The notes beneath the pieces are model-generated. The model had not been told where the DNA came from, searched no databases, and saw only the letters and a program-made list of their open reading frames with translations. A DNA stretch of 50,708 nt, from positions 1-50,708 of IMG/VR virus record IMGVR_UViG_3300036766_000591. The stretch is one strand, 5' to 3'. Below, piece by piece: positions 26,479 through 36,354 of this stretch (its first letter is position 1; every line of letters begins with the position of its first letter). A program made the position numbers and the translations under genes. The DNA comes from a virus (taxonomy: Duplodnaviria; Caudoviricetes).

Positions 26479-28110
26479 TCACGCGGCCCGCCGCATCGCG
26501 GCTGCCGCTCGGAAGGTTTCCTCGATGATCGCCGCCACCTCGTCCTTGCGCTGCTCCAGCCAGCCTGCGGGCGGCCCGTCGGCGCCGAGCGCCATCACCG
26601 CCGTGCTCTCGATGCGCCGCGTCGCCTCCTCGACTGCCCATGGCTTGATGCCGAACGCCTCGGCGAGCGGCGCCAAGACGCGCGCCGCCTGCGCCTTATG
26701 GTCGGCCGCGAACTGCCGTCCCCAGGCCATGAACTTGAGCCCGTCGTCCTTCGCCTTCGCCTCACGCTTGCCCACTTCGCGCACCTCTTCCCCGGCGATC
26801 CGCCCGGCGGCGTCCGCCACCAGCGCGGGCGGCACGGCGCGCGCGTCGGTCGCATCGTCCGGCGGTGGCACCGGCGGCCTCATGCCTCCGGCCGGCGCGT
26901 TCGGCGCCCCGCCGGTCGGCGTCTCCAGATACTCGTCCCCGCCGGGATCGTCGCGCGGGTTCCGGTTCCGGATGATGCGCCATTCGTTCGGCGAGAGCGC
27001 GCCGTTCGCCCGCTCGACGGCGAGCGCCTGCACCGTCGAGAGGATGTCCCCGCGCAGCAGCCCGTCCAGCAGGAACTCGAAGAAATACTCGTCTTGTTCC
27101 GGCTCCGTCAGGAGGTCGCGCGCGAGCGACTGCTCCCAGCGCACGAGCCAGGGCCGGATCGTGAAGTCCACGAAGCCCTGCTTTTGCTGCTCGATGCCCG
27201 TGCCCCAGCTCGTGGACTTCTCTTCGAGGCCGATCATGAAGAGGGGCACGCGCCAGAACCGCGCGATGTCGGCCACCTGGAACTTCCGCGGGTCGATGAT
27301 GAAGCCCGAGTCGTCGTGCTTGCCCAGCTCCTCGGCCTTCGTGTCGCCGTAGAGGATCATCGCCTTCGAGGCGTTCTGATAGCCGGCGTAGTTCTCCTGG
27401 ACCATCTTCCGGTACTCGGCGCGCTTGGTCTCGTCCGGCACCGCGCCTGGCTTGGTGATGAGCAGCCGGCCCGTGGCGTCGTGGCGGAACCAGCCGCCCA
27501 CCATCGCCTCGCCCGCGGCGGCGACCGAGATGGCCTCGCGGGCCAGCGTGGCGCGCGCGAGGCCCACGATGCCGTCCGTGCTCGTGTCGCGCACGATCAG
27601 GACCTGGTCCTGCGTCAGGATGCGCTCGGCGCCCCCCGCCTTGGGGTCGCGGTGGCGCACGCGGACGCGGCCCGTGCCCAACTGCTCCACGGTCGTGGTG
27701 GCCGGATGGAGCGGCAGTAGCTCAACCGCGCGGCCGTTGTCGCGGATCTCGTTGACGATGATGCCGCGCAGGCCGAGGTGACCTTGCCCGTAGCCGTAGA
27801 AGTCCATCGCCGTCATCCAGGCGTTCGGCTGGTAGCGCACCGTCCGATAGAGCCGGTGCTCTTTCGCCCGTTCCTTGCCGCCATTGTCGAGCCGCCGGTA
27901 CATGATGCAGGGCAGCGAGGCGACGGTCTCGAGGATGAGGCTGTTGCAGGCGAAGACGGCCGACTGCCGCATCGCCGTGTCCGTGGAGACCGGAAAGCCC
28001 GCGAAGGTGCTCCCGCCGCCCGGGCCCTCGCTGTACCAGCGGTCATCGAGCGGCGTCCAGGTGACGCTAGCCTGGAGCCCGCGACCCTCAATGCGGTCCA
28101 TGACGCCCAT
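26479..28110 (-). CDS. Portal protein (HK97 family)
   Basis: SAVFAC, ASLP, IARFWRVP, IEQQ..GF...TIRPW, LLRGD, SPNE.R; ATG at 28110 with an AAGGAG RBS. Confidence 0.93.
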   Translation of the reverse strand: MGVMDRIEGRGLQASVTWTPLDDRWYSEGPGGGSTFAGFPVSTDTAMRQSAVFACNSLILETVASLPCIMYRRLDNGGKERAKEHRLYRTVRYQPNAWMTAMDFYGYGQGHLGLRGIIVNEIRDNGRAVELLPLHPATTTVEQLGTGRVRVRHRDPKAGGAERILTQDQVLIVRDTSTDGIVGLARATLAREAISVAAAGEAMVGGWFRHDATGRLLITKPGAVPDETKRAEYRKMVQENYAGYQNASKAMILYGDTKAEELGKHDDSGFIIDPRKFQVADIARFWRVPLFMIGLEEKSTSWGTGIEQQKQGFVDFTIRPWLVRWEQSLARDLLTEPEQDEYFFEFLLDGLLRGDILSTVQALAVERANGALSPNEWRIIRNRNPRDDPGGDEYLETPTGGAPNAPAGGMRPPVPPPDDATDARAVPPALVADAAGRIAGEEVREVGKREAKAKDDGLKFMAWGRQFAADHKAQAARVLAPLAEAFGIKPWAVEEATRRIESTAVMALGADGPPAGWLEQRKDEVAAIIEETFRAAAAMRRAA

Positions 28111-28114
28111 CGGG

Positions 28115-28330
28115 CTAGGACTCCTTCCGGCGCATGAGCGCCGCCAGCACGGGACCGAGCCAGGCGTGGGCGGCGAGGATGAGGCCCACCGCCGGCCAGC
28201 GGCCGAAGCCCGCGCCATAGAGGGCGAGCCCACCGTAGAACTCCAGCTCGCGCACGCCGAAGCCCACCAGGCCCCAGCCCGCGAGAAGTCCGCGGCCGAC
28301 GGCGCCCAGCGCCGCGCGCAAGCGCCTCAT
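28115..28330 (-). CDS. Small membrane protein between terL and portal
   Basis: Hydrophobic 71 aa; ATGA-coupled. Confidence 0.65.
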   Translation of the reverse strand: MRRLRAALGAVGRGLLAGWGLVGFGVRELEFYGGLALYGAGFGRWPAVGLILAAHAWLGPVLAALMRRKES

Positions 28331-30033
28331 CCCACGCTCTCGATCAGGAAGCCCGCGTCGACCGGGCTCATCGTCTGCGCGCCCTTGAAGGCCAGGATCA
28401 GCGCCACCGCCGGGTCGATCTTGTTCTCCGGCCGGTCCTTGCGCGGGAAGACGTTCTCGTTCGCGTCCGGCCGGACGGTGACGTTGGAGAGAGCCCACGT
28501 CAGCACCGGGTCCGCCGCGTGGTGGACCCGGCCCGCGGCCACCGCGGCCTCGAAGTCCTTCATCGGCGCCGAGAGGTGTTGCACCTGCTGCGGCACCTCG
28601 ATCACCAACTTCTCCTCGATCCCCTCGCGCTTGAGGCGGTCGGTCAAAGCCCGGAGGTTCCAGGGGTCGCCCATGAAGACGCCCATCGCGTGCAGCTTCG
28701 CGTCCGCCAGGATCTCGTCGCCGATCACGTCGTAGTCGATGTCGTTCCCCTCGGTCGCCGTCAGCCAGCCCTCGTGCTCCCACTTCTGGTAATGCCGGTT
28801 CTTCGGGTCATCAACCGCGGCCCGCGGGCAGTAGTGGCGCGCGAAGACGGTGAAATGCGGCTCGCCCTCGACCTCGCGCCGGAAGACGCGCGCCACGCTC
28901 GCCAAGTCAAGGCGGCTCGCGAGGTCGGCCCCGAACGCCGCCGGCTCGCCGATGAAGTCGGCCGCCACAAGCGTCGCATCGCCGCAGCGCGTCCACCACT
29001 CGATGTTCATCCACGGCGAGCGCGCCGAGCACCAGACGTCGAGGTGTTTCGTCTTGAAGATGTTCTGTTGCCGCGCGTCATTCACGGCAGCCCGCTGCTG
29101 CTCCCGCAGGTAATCGCCCTTGACCGACACGTCGAAGTTGGGATTGGCCATCCGCAGCGCGTCCTCGGAGGTCCAATCCGTGCCTTCGTCCACCGCGTAA
29201 ATGATGCCGAAGAGCCGGTCGTCTTCGGCCCCCTCGAGCATCTTCTGGACGCGCTCCCTGAGCGCGTAACAGGGGCCGCCGATGTCCTCGCCCGCCGTCG
29301 TGATGACCTCGGCCAGCGGCTGCCGACGGGCTCCCATGCCCGTCACCATCGTGTCGAACTGCGTCGCGTCCTGGTGCTCGTGGTACTCGTCCGTGATCGA
29401 GAGCGAGGGCGAGGCGCCGTCGCCCGGCTTCCCGATGATGGGCTCCAGCCGCGCACCTGTGGCGAGAATCGTCAGACTCTTCGCGTTCACCTCGACGCCG
29501 TACTGCTCCAGGAACTCCGGCGTCCGCTCCGCCATCTGCTTCGCCGGCCGAAACACCTCCCACGCCTGCTTCTCGCTCGTCGCCCCGCTGTAGACCTCAC
29601 TCCCGAATTCGCCGTCCGCGGCGAAGAAGTAGAGCGCGTCGATCGCGGCGTCCGTGCTCTTGCCGTTCTTCCGCGGCATCTCCTCGTAGGAGACCCGGAA
29701 GCGCCGCATCCCAGTCTCCTTCTCGACCCAGCCGAACTTCATCGACCGCCGGAAGCACTGATGCGGCTGGAGCACGATGCGGTTCGGGACGCCCGGCTTC
29801 GGGATCGCCCATTCGCCCTTGACGTGCGGCAGCAGCTCCGCGAACCGGCAGGCTCGCTCGGCCTTCGCCCGGTCGAATGTGAACGGGTAGCTCTTCCGCC
29901 GCGCCCGCTTGAGGTCGGCGAGGTGCCGCTCGCAGGCGAGCCGCGTCCACTTGCACGCGAGGATGCGGCCCCCTACGACGTCCTTCGCGTAGCGGCTCGC
30001 CGTCTCGACGTGCGGGTACTTCGACTTGCTCAT
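28327..30033 (-). CDS. terL: Terminase large subunit
   Basis: PRKNGKS Walker A, ITDEYHEH, ITTAG, ANPN, DLAS..DL, KIDPAVA. Confidence 0.95.
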   Translation of the reverse strand: MSKSKYPHVETASRYAKDVVGGRILACKWTRLACERHLADLKRARRKSYPFTFDRAKAERACRFAELLPHVKGEWAIPKPGVPNRIVLQPHQCFRRSMKFGWVEKETGMRRFRVSYEEMPRKNGKSTDAAIDALYFFAADGEFGSEVYSGATSEKQAWEVFRPAKQMAERTPEFLEQYGVEVNAKSLTILATGARLEPIIGKPGDGASPSLSITDEYHEHQDATQFDTMVTGMGARRQPLAEVITTAGEDIGGPCYALRERVQKMLEGAEDDRLFGIIYAVDEGTDWTSEDALRMANPNFDVSVKGDYLREQQRAAVNDARQQNIFKTKHLDVWCSARSPWMNIEWWTRCGDATLVAADFIGEPAAFGADLASRLDLASVARVFRREVEGEPHFTVFARHYCPRAAVDDPKNRHYQKWEHEGWLTATEGNDIDYDVIGDEILADAKLHAMGVFMGDPWNLRALTDRLKREGIEEKLVIEVPQQVQHLSAPMKDFEAAVAAGRVHHAADPVLTWALSNVTVRPDANENVFPRKDRPENKIDPAVALILAFKGAQTMSPVDAGFLIESVG

Positions 30034-30419
30034 GCGGTCAGGGCTCCGAACTGGTTGGCCTTCGCCTTGCTCTTGCCACCCGGCACCTTCACCTTCGACC
30101 GGCTCCCGGCCATCCCGCCCAGGTCGGAGAGATAGCCGCGGAAGACGGCCCACTCCGACGCGCTCCCGCCGCTCTTCCGCAGGACGGCGTGCTGCTTCGC
30201 GGCGGCCCAGAGCGCCGTCCGGTCGGCCCGACCAAGCCACGGCATGTCGCCCGCCAGCTCCAGCCACCGCGCCCGCTCGGCCTCGTCGAGGTCGGCCGGC
30301 GGATCGCCGAGCGGCTCGTCGACGACCGGCTCGTCCGCGCGCTCGGCCAAGCGTTCTGGGTGCTTCCGGAAGGAGCCCCGGAGCTTCAGAACGCGCGTTG
30401 GGGTGCGGGGGCGGCCCAT
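30030..30419 (-). CDS. terS: Terminase small subunit (P27-like)
   Basis: MGRPRTPT..LKLRG, PP..L...W, LG....SR; coupled to terL. Confidence 0.8.
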   Translation of the reverse strand: MGRPRTPTRVLKLRGSFRKHPERLAERADEPVVDEPLGDPPADLDEAERARWLELAGDMPWLGRADRTALWAAAKQHAVLRKSGGSASEWAVFRGYLSDLGGMAGSRSKVKVPGGKSKAKANQFGALTA

Positions 30420-30454
30420 TAGTCAGCCCCGAGGCCCGCTTTGGGTAATGGAGG

Positions 30455-30520
30455 CAAGTGAAGGGCGCCCGCGCGCGGTCACACTCCAGTAGCCATGAAG
30501 TTCTTGGCCACCCCTTAACT
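30455..30520 (-). other. Candidate cos region
   Basis: Non-coding gap upstream of terS in an HNH-terS-terL (P27/HK97-type) module, containing GGGGTGG...GACCGCGCGCGGG; inferred from position only. Confidence 0.35.
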
Positions 30521-30541
30521 CCTTGTGCCTGGGCACTTGCC

Positions 30542-31438
30542 TCACATGCAGGCCGAGAACGTGCTGTTGCACAGGCGGCGCTGCTCATCTGAGGGGTGCT
30601 GCTCACATCCGTTAACTGCAACTTCAAGCGGCACGGCCGAGCGGTGCAGGAACGTGTCGGGGAACTGCCGCTGTAGGCTCAACTCCAGCCGCACGGCGCG
30701 CTGAAAGTCGCCGGGAGCCCTTGCGGCCAATCGCCGCCAGTCTCCGGTCGTGCGGTGCGGACACATCCAACAGGACGTGCGCTCCGGGACGGGCCAGCCG
30801 GCGCTAGTGATGAGATCCACGCAAGCGGCGCGATCGAGGCCGCGCTCGATTAGCGGCCATCGCAACCGGACCCACTTGTTCTGGTCGGGTTTCGCGCGTT
30901 GCGTCTCATCGGCGGCAATGCCGATCCATTGCTCACAGGCACGCACTCCCCGCGCGCGCAGCCATCGCTTCGTCACCCTAGCCTTCCATGGGCCCGAGCA
31001 GCGCGTGCCGAGTTTCGCAATCGTGCCGTCTGCCTTGCGCCTGTAGGCGGGTATCACAAGGTGGTCGTTCTTGACTAGCACGTTGTCACCGTGATCCACG
31101 GTCTTGAGGATGGTTATGAGAACTCCAGCCTCGGCCAACTTCGGGGCCAGCACGGTCCTCGCGTAATCCCATGTAGTCTCGGGCTCGTAGCCCACGTCCA
31201 CCATGATGGCGTAGTCCGGCCTTGGCAACAAACCCTGGCAAATGAGCACCGCAACGGCGGTAGAATCGACCCCGCCTCCGCATGACCAAACAATCGTTCG
31301 GTCGCGCGTCCCGTTGCGCGCTTCAATGATCGCGCCTGTCGTTATGTTCGCGCAACCTTGTGAACAGTACCGCCGCCGCCTGTGCGTCGAAGCGAACTCG
31401 GCGCCACATTGCACGCGCTGACATACGAGCGTCATCAC
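30542..31438 (-). CDS. PAPS-reductase-like PP-loop protein with an N-terminal zinc finger
   Basis: VWSCGGGVDS PP-loop, D.GYEP..TW.Y, WIGI..DE..R, WPLI, SCWMCP; N-terminal C..C...YCSQGC. Confidence 0.75.
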   Translation of the reverse strand: MMTLVCQRVQCGAEFASTHRRRRYCSQGCANITTGAIIEARNGTRDRTIVWSCGGGVDSTAVAVLICQGLLPRPDYAIMVDVGYEPETTWDYARTVLAPKLAEAGVLITILKTVDHGDNVLVKNDHLVIPAYRRKADGTIAKLGTRCSGPWKARVTKRWLRARGVRACEQWIGIAADETQRAKPDQNKWVRLRWPLIERGLDRAACVDLITSAGWPVPERTSCWMCPHRTTGDWRRLAARAPGDFQRAVRLELSLQRQFPDTFLHRSAVPLEVAVNGCEQHPSDEQRRLCNSTFSACM

Positions 31439-31839
31439 GTGAGGCTCCGCGCGAGCGGTCCCACGTCCACGAAGCCTGTGCCGGTGACCACGAGGAGCTG
31501 ACGCCCCACCCGCTCGGCGTGGCGCTTCTTGCCATGACAGGAGGCGCAGAGCCCTTGCTGGTTGTCGAGGTCATCGGCCGCGCCGCCCGCCTCGATGGGC
31601 ACGATGTGGTCATCCACGGTCGAGGGCGTCGTGCGACCGACGGCGAGACACGCCACACAGAGCGGGTCGCAGGCCAGGACGATGCTGCGCCTTCTCCGGT
31701 GCTCGCTGCCGTACCCGCGCGAGGCGGCGCTGCCGCGTGCCTGCTCGCGCGCACGTCGGTGGTCAGCACAGCGCCCGCCCGACGTCGTGGTGTAGCGACA
31801 GCCGGGCTCCAGGCAGGGTCTCGCGGGGCGCATCGGCAT
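31435..31839 (-). CDS. Packaging-associated HNH endonuclease (HK97 gp74-like)
   Basis: PC..PGC, RG.AASRGYG, PLCVAC, DHIVP...GG...N.QGLC.SCH. Confidence 0.9.
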   Translation of the reverse strand: MPMRPARPCLEPGCRYTTTSGGRCADHRRAREQARGSAASRGYGSEHRRRRSIVLACDPLCVACLAVGRTTPSTVDDHIVPIEAGGAADDLDNQQGLCASCHGKKRHAERVGRQLLVVTGTGFVDVGPLARSLT

Positions 31840-32459
31840 CAGCCGCAGTCCTCCCCGAACTCATGGACGCAGCGATGGGTGGCGATCAGGTTCTCGATCG
31901 TCGGGATGCGCGCCACGATGGTGCCGACGATCGTCACTTCGCGCTGCTCGTACAGATCCGCGATGGTGAGCAGCATAGCCTGTCGGATGGCCTGCGGGAT
32001 CGCCCCGCGTGTGGCCCAGCCGCAGACGTAGGTGATCGTCACGTTCTCGGGGACCGGCCAGAGCGAGGGCCAGACCTTGAGATAGGCGGGCACGATATGC
32101 CCGAGCGGCGCGCTCAAGTCGGGCGTCGTGCGCGCGCCGACCAGGGTGTACTCGGTCGCGGCGAGCGTCGTGCTGGCGCCCGCCGTCGATTCCAGGTACG
32201 TGATGCTCGTGACCGATTGCACCGGGGGGCGCGGGAGCCAGATGCAGCCGGAGCAGGGCCAGCCGTTGAGCCGCAGCTTCCGCGTCTGCGTGAGGAGTGC
32301 GAGGGAGAGCTCGGCTTCCATCGCCTGACGTGCCGCCACGATCAACGCATCGAGATAGGCGTCCTCGTCGCTGCTGAACTGGGTACGTAGATGATCCTTG
32401 ACCTCTTGGAGCGTGAGCGGCTCCAAGAGCGGCGCGACCGACACCTCGAGGCTCCACAT
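31839..32459 (-). CDS. Head-tail adaptor (gp6/phiE125 gp8-like)
   Basis: EPLTLQEVKDHLR, LIVAARQ..E, LLTQT, LPRPPVQSV, V.ITY.CG, P.AIRQA.LL...LYEQRE. Confidence 0.88.
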   Translation of the reverse strand: MWSLEVSVAPLLEPLTLQEVKDHLRTQFSSDEDAYLDALIVAARQAMEAELSLALLTQTRKLRLNGWPCSGCIWLPRPPVQSVTSITYLESTAGASTTLAATEYTLVGARTTPDLSAPLGHIVPAYLKVWPSLWPVPENVTITYVCGWATRGAIPQAIRQAMLLTIADLYEQREVTIVGTIVARIPTIENLIATHRCVHEFGEDCG

Positions 32460-32761
32460 CAGCGGGTCCCGATCCGCACGGTCCAGGAGCGGTCGTAGCT
32501 CTGGCCCGTGCTGGTCAGCATGCGACAGCGCACCGTGTAGACCTCCCGTAGCGTGCCCGCCTGGACCAGCGCCGAGGCGATGTTCGCCGCGATCCCCGCC
32601 GAGCCCACGGTGAGGGGCGAGGCATCGGAGACGGCGGCGCCCTCGACCGCCCAGGACGGTGTACCGCTGATCGTCTCCCCAACGGCGAGCACGTCGGTCC
32701 AATCCACTGAGAGCGTGAGCTTCTCATCGGCATCCTTCAGGATCGGAGGCTGGTCGCTCAT
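32459..32761 (-). CDS. Fibre adaptor-like virion protein
   Basis: KD.DEKL...VDW...L..GETIS...W, G.....Y.V.C...TS.G...DRS. Confidence 0.65.
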   Translation of the reverse strand: MSDQPPILKDADEKLTLSVDWTDVLAVGETISGTPSWAVEGAAVSDASPLTVGSAGIAANIASALVQAGTLREVYTVRCRMLTSTGQSYDRSWTVRIGTR

Positions 32762-34107
32762 GGCGCCGGATCCAACGTCCCGGGACCCGTCGGCATCAGC
32801 GTCGTCGGACCGGCCGGCTCCAGCATCGTCGGACCGGCCGGGACCAGCGCGTCAGGACGGGCCGGGGTTAGCGCCACCCGAACGCCGGCCGGAATGAGGA
32901 TGCGGACGGGAATGAGGACGACGCCGAGGACCGATGCCGTCGCGGATATGTGGACCGGGAAATCCGGCGGCTGCCAAGAGAGGATTGCCGTCCAGTCCGC
33001 TCGCGACAGGGCGTCGTTTACCGGCGGGGAATCGCCATAGACGAGCACGAGCAGCGCGGCGCTGGCCGGTCGCTGCGGCGCGCCCTGCGCGATGTCCCAG
33101 GCGGCGAGGATCGCACCCCAGGGACAGGACGGGGCGGCGACGAACGGCGTGACGCCCTGTACGAGCGGCCGTGCCGAGGCCGGCAGGATGAACGGCGCCT
33201 GCCATGCCGCAACCAGGCCCGAGGGATCCCGTCGATACGGCGTGGGCGCGTCGATCGAGGGCGGGACAAGTTTGACGAGTGCTGGCGGACCAACGAGCTG
33301 CGGCTGCCACGCGAGTATCGCCGTCAGCTCTTCCGTGGCCAGCGGGCCCGCGATCGGCGGCGCGGCCCCGTAGACGAGCGTCAGCGGCGCAACACGGACC
33401 AAGGGCGGCGGGGCGACGAACGGCGGCTGCCAGGCGGCGAGGATGCCGAGCGCGAGGGCTCCGGTGGGCGGCGGCGCATCCCCGGTCGGGGCGGCCGGTA
33501 CGTTCCACGCGGCCGAGGGCTGGGCACCCTGCGCGGGCCACCAGGCGGCGGGCCACGCGCCGATCGCGAGCAGATCTTCGGGCGCGAGCGGACCCGCCGG
33601 CGGAGGCTGCGAACCATAGACGAGCGCGAGCGGCGCAACATAGGCCGTGCTGGGATGCTGGGGCGCGGGCGCGAAGTTGTCGGGCCACGCCGCGCGAATG
33701 ACCCCGAAGTCCTCGACCGCCAGCGGGCCCGCAGGTGGCGGCTGGCTCCCATACGCGAGCGTGAGCGGCGCGATGAAGCGCCGGGCCGGGAGTTGCGGGG
33801 GTGGCGGCTCCTTGTCTTCGGCCCACGTCCCCCGGATGGCGAGGTAGTCTTCGACCGAGAGCGGCCCCTGCGAGGGGGGCTGCTGGCCATACGTCAGGCT
33901 CAGCGGTGCGAGGTAGCTCCGCTGCGGTGGCGGCTGCGGGAGCGGCGTGTTCTCGGCCGGCCAGGCGAGCACCAGCCCGACGAGGAGTGTGACCAACAGG
34001 GGGCCGCGCGGGACAGGTGGGCGCGGCGAGGAGGCCGGGAGGGTGGCAGCCCGGGGCAGCGCCCGTTGCGGCGCAGGGTCGAACCGGAAGACGCCGCCCT
34101 CAGCCAT
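32758..34107 (-). CDS. Proline-rich repeat protein (putative fibre)
   Basis: Five copies of (A)PL.L.YG..PP..GPL..E....I..W; PAGPT repeats at the C-terminus. Confidence 0.65.
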   Translation of the reverse strand: MAEGGVFRFDPAPQRALPRAATLPASSPRPPVPRGPLLVTLLVGLVLAWPAENTPLPQPPPQRSYLAPLSLTYGQQPPSQGPLSVEDYLAIRGTWAEDKEPPPPQLPARRFIAPLTLAYGSQPPPAGPLAVEDFGVIRAAWPDNFAPAPQHPSTAYVAPLALVYGSQPPPAGPLAPEDLLAIGAWPAAWWPAQGAQPSAAWNVPAAPTGDAPPPTGALALGILAAWQPPFVAPPPLVRVAPLTLVYGAAPPIAGPLATEELTAILAWQPQLVGPPALVKLVPPSIDAPTPYRRDPSGLVAAWQAPFILPASARPLVQGVTPFVAAPSCPWGAILAAWDIAQGAPQRPASAALLVLVYGDSPPVNDALSRADWTAILSWQPPDFPVHISATASVLGVVLIPVRILIPAGVRVALTPARPDALVPAGPTMLEPAGPTTLMPTGPGTLDPAP

Positions 34108-34110
34108 CGG

Positions 34111-35560
34111 CTAGGCGAGCCTCGGGCCGTGCAGTACGCGCCCGCTCTCCGGCGAGACTTCCTTGCGGCCCATGATCGCGTGCCCGGCCATCGCCAGCAT
34201 GCCCATCACCACGAGGTCGCTCCCCTCCGGCTTCGCCAAGCTGAACTCGCCGGTGCCCTGGTTGTAGCGCAGCACCACCTCCAGGGTGACGGGAGACGCA
34301 CCGCCATTCGATGCTGTCATCTGCGATACTCCCTTCTTCGCTTGGGAAGGCGCGGGGGCGAGGACGGAGAACGCCGCCATCGCCGCCGAGCCTTACGTTC
34401 AGACTTCTCGGAAGACCAAGCTGAAGTTCCAGCCGGTGAGCGTCCCCGGGGCCGCCGGGAACTGCACCCCGAAGCCCGAGGCGGCGCTGGCGTTCATCGT
34501 GAACGTCTCCGCCGGGGTCGCCACCCAGAGGTAGCCGTTGAGGACGTTGAAGCTGTCCGACTTCACGATGGTCTCCGTGCCCGCGCCCTGCGCGCTCGCG
34601 TTGATGCCGCAGGTGCCCGCGGCCCCCGCCGTGCCGCCGGTGATGGCCGAGACCGCGTCGATCAGGCTGGTCTTCTTGGGCGTGAAGGCCGTCAGGGTCG
34701 GGAAGGCCGTCACCTTCGTGATGAAGTCAATCCGCTGCTGCGCGCTGGTGGCGTTGGCCGCCTGCGAGCAGTCCACCCGGAGGATCTCGATCGAGACCGT
34801 CGTGCCCGGGTTGATGAACATGATGGTCACGGCCGCGTTGGCGACCGTGATGTTGGAGCCGGTGATGACGTACGTGCCGCGCATGGTCACTCCTCGTTAG
34901 GTGAATTACTACCCGCTCGCGCGGGACGAACGCTCGTTACATCGCCATTAAGGCTTGCATCTGCTCCGTTTTCGCCAGTCCGAAAGGCACGCCCGCACCG
35001 GAGGCATCGGTCGCGGACCAGTCGTCGAGATAGGGTTCAGCGTCCAGCGCAGCGCCGTAGTATGTCGCTAGTCCAGCATACCCTTTCGCTGTGATGCTTG
35101 TATCCGTGACTGAAATGCGCGAAACGGTATCAATTAAAACTGAGATTGTGCTGCCAACCATACGCAGCAGACACACCTTTGCTGTTGTGGGTTCGTCACC
35201 GACATAGGTTCCTATGCTAGTAACAGCGCCCGATTTCTTGTAGAGTGTCCAAGTGCCCGCACTCACACGAACGAAATAACAACTGCCGTCTGACGACGAG
35301 GCAATACGTCCTGCGGGGCCATGACTCGTGCCCCCAGAAGCAACATGCATGGTGCCCTGTACGTCGTAGTCTGCCCCCACTGGTTGAGCGGCGTTCCACA
35401 AATGGGCCTGAAAATCGTCTGCCACTTGAACTTGGATGTGGTTGGTGTTGATAACCATATTTGTGCCAGAGCCGCCCGTGACCTTGGTCCAGTTGGCGGA
35501 GTAGGTTTCGAGCACCGTGCCGTTGGCGCCGGTAAAAGCATCAGGACCAGCAAAAGCCAT
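34111..35560 (-). CDS. Virion accessory genes: 34111-34380, 34399-34890, 34937-35560 (lectin-like, lower GC)
   Basis: Ala/Thr/Gly-rich beta-type ORFs; D.F.G...LDDW motif in 34937-35560. Confidence 0.65.
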
Positions 35561-35719
35561 GTTAGTACGGACTCCCGTTGCCGAGCGGGTTCCAGATGTA
35601 GTGCGTCATCAGGGCACCACGGCAGGCGCGGCGTCCGCGAGGTCCACGAACGACCATACCAGGGCGGTGAGCGTGTTGCCGAGCGACACCAGGTCCATCG
35701 TCCTCCCTGGAACACGGCA

Positions 35720-35748
35720 GGGCCCGCCCCTCACCGAGAGGCGGGCCC
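35720..35748. terminator. GC-rich hairpin at the early/late boundary
   Basis: GGGCCCGCC...GGCGGGCCC inverted repeat; no clear U-tract. Confidence 0.4.
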
Positions 35749-36354
35749 CGGAAGGCCCTCGACTTCGTTGTCCCCGCTAACTTTAGCGCGTTAAGCCGCG
35801 CGGCGCAATATCCGGACGCAGATCTTGAGCCCGCATTCGGGGCAGGGCGCGCAGTCGTCGCCCGGCTCGGTGGCCTCTTCCGGGCCCTCCAGTTGCACGA
35901 TGTGCAGACCCGGTCCGTCCGTGACCGTATGCACCTCGGCGCGGCACCGGGCGCACGCGATCACGACGACGTCGCCCGCCGTCACGGCGTCTCCAGCTTG
36001 AGCACCCGCGCCGTGTCCGCCCCCACCTCGACGTGCCAGCCGCGGCGCAGCCACTCGCCGACGAGGGCCTCGAAGGCGACGGGCTCCCAGCCGACGCGGT
36101 TGCCGCGCTCCATGACGGGCCGGCGGATGCGGAGGCCGCTGGCGCTGAGGGCCGCGACGACGGCGCGCTGATCCGAAGCGTTCACGCGGCCTCGCGCCTC
36201 ACGTAGTCCCGGGCCGCCACCAGCCAGTCGCGGGCGGTCGTTAGGTCACCGGCACATTGTTCGCACTCCATGTGAGTGAGCGCCCGAGTTATCGCTTCGA
36301 CCCCATAGTCCAGCGCCGGCAGCAGCACATTGTCGCGGGTGGCCGTCATGCGGC

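Noticed and set aside
30034-30627. N-terminal extensions in the ORF track (TerL 766 aa; similarly MTase 620 aa, portal 584 aa, adaptor 287 aa)
   Set aside because: The extensions overlap genuine upstream genes; coupled starts at 30033, 5582, 28110 and 32459 fit better.
23526-35094. Long plus-strand ORFs (23526-25460, 28519-30135, 32950-35094, etc.)
   Set aside because: These are antisense shadows of GC-rich minus-strand genes; they are Arg/Gly-rich with no motifs or RBS.
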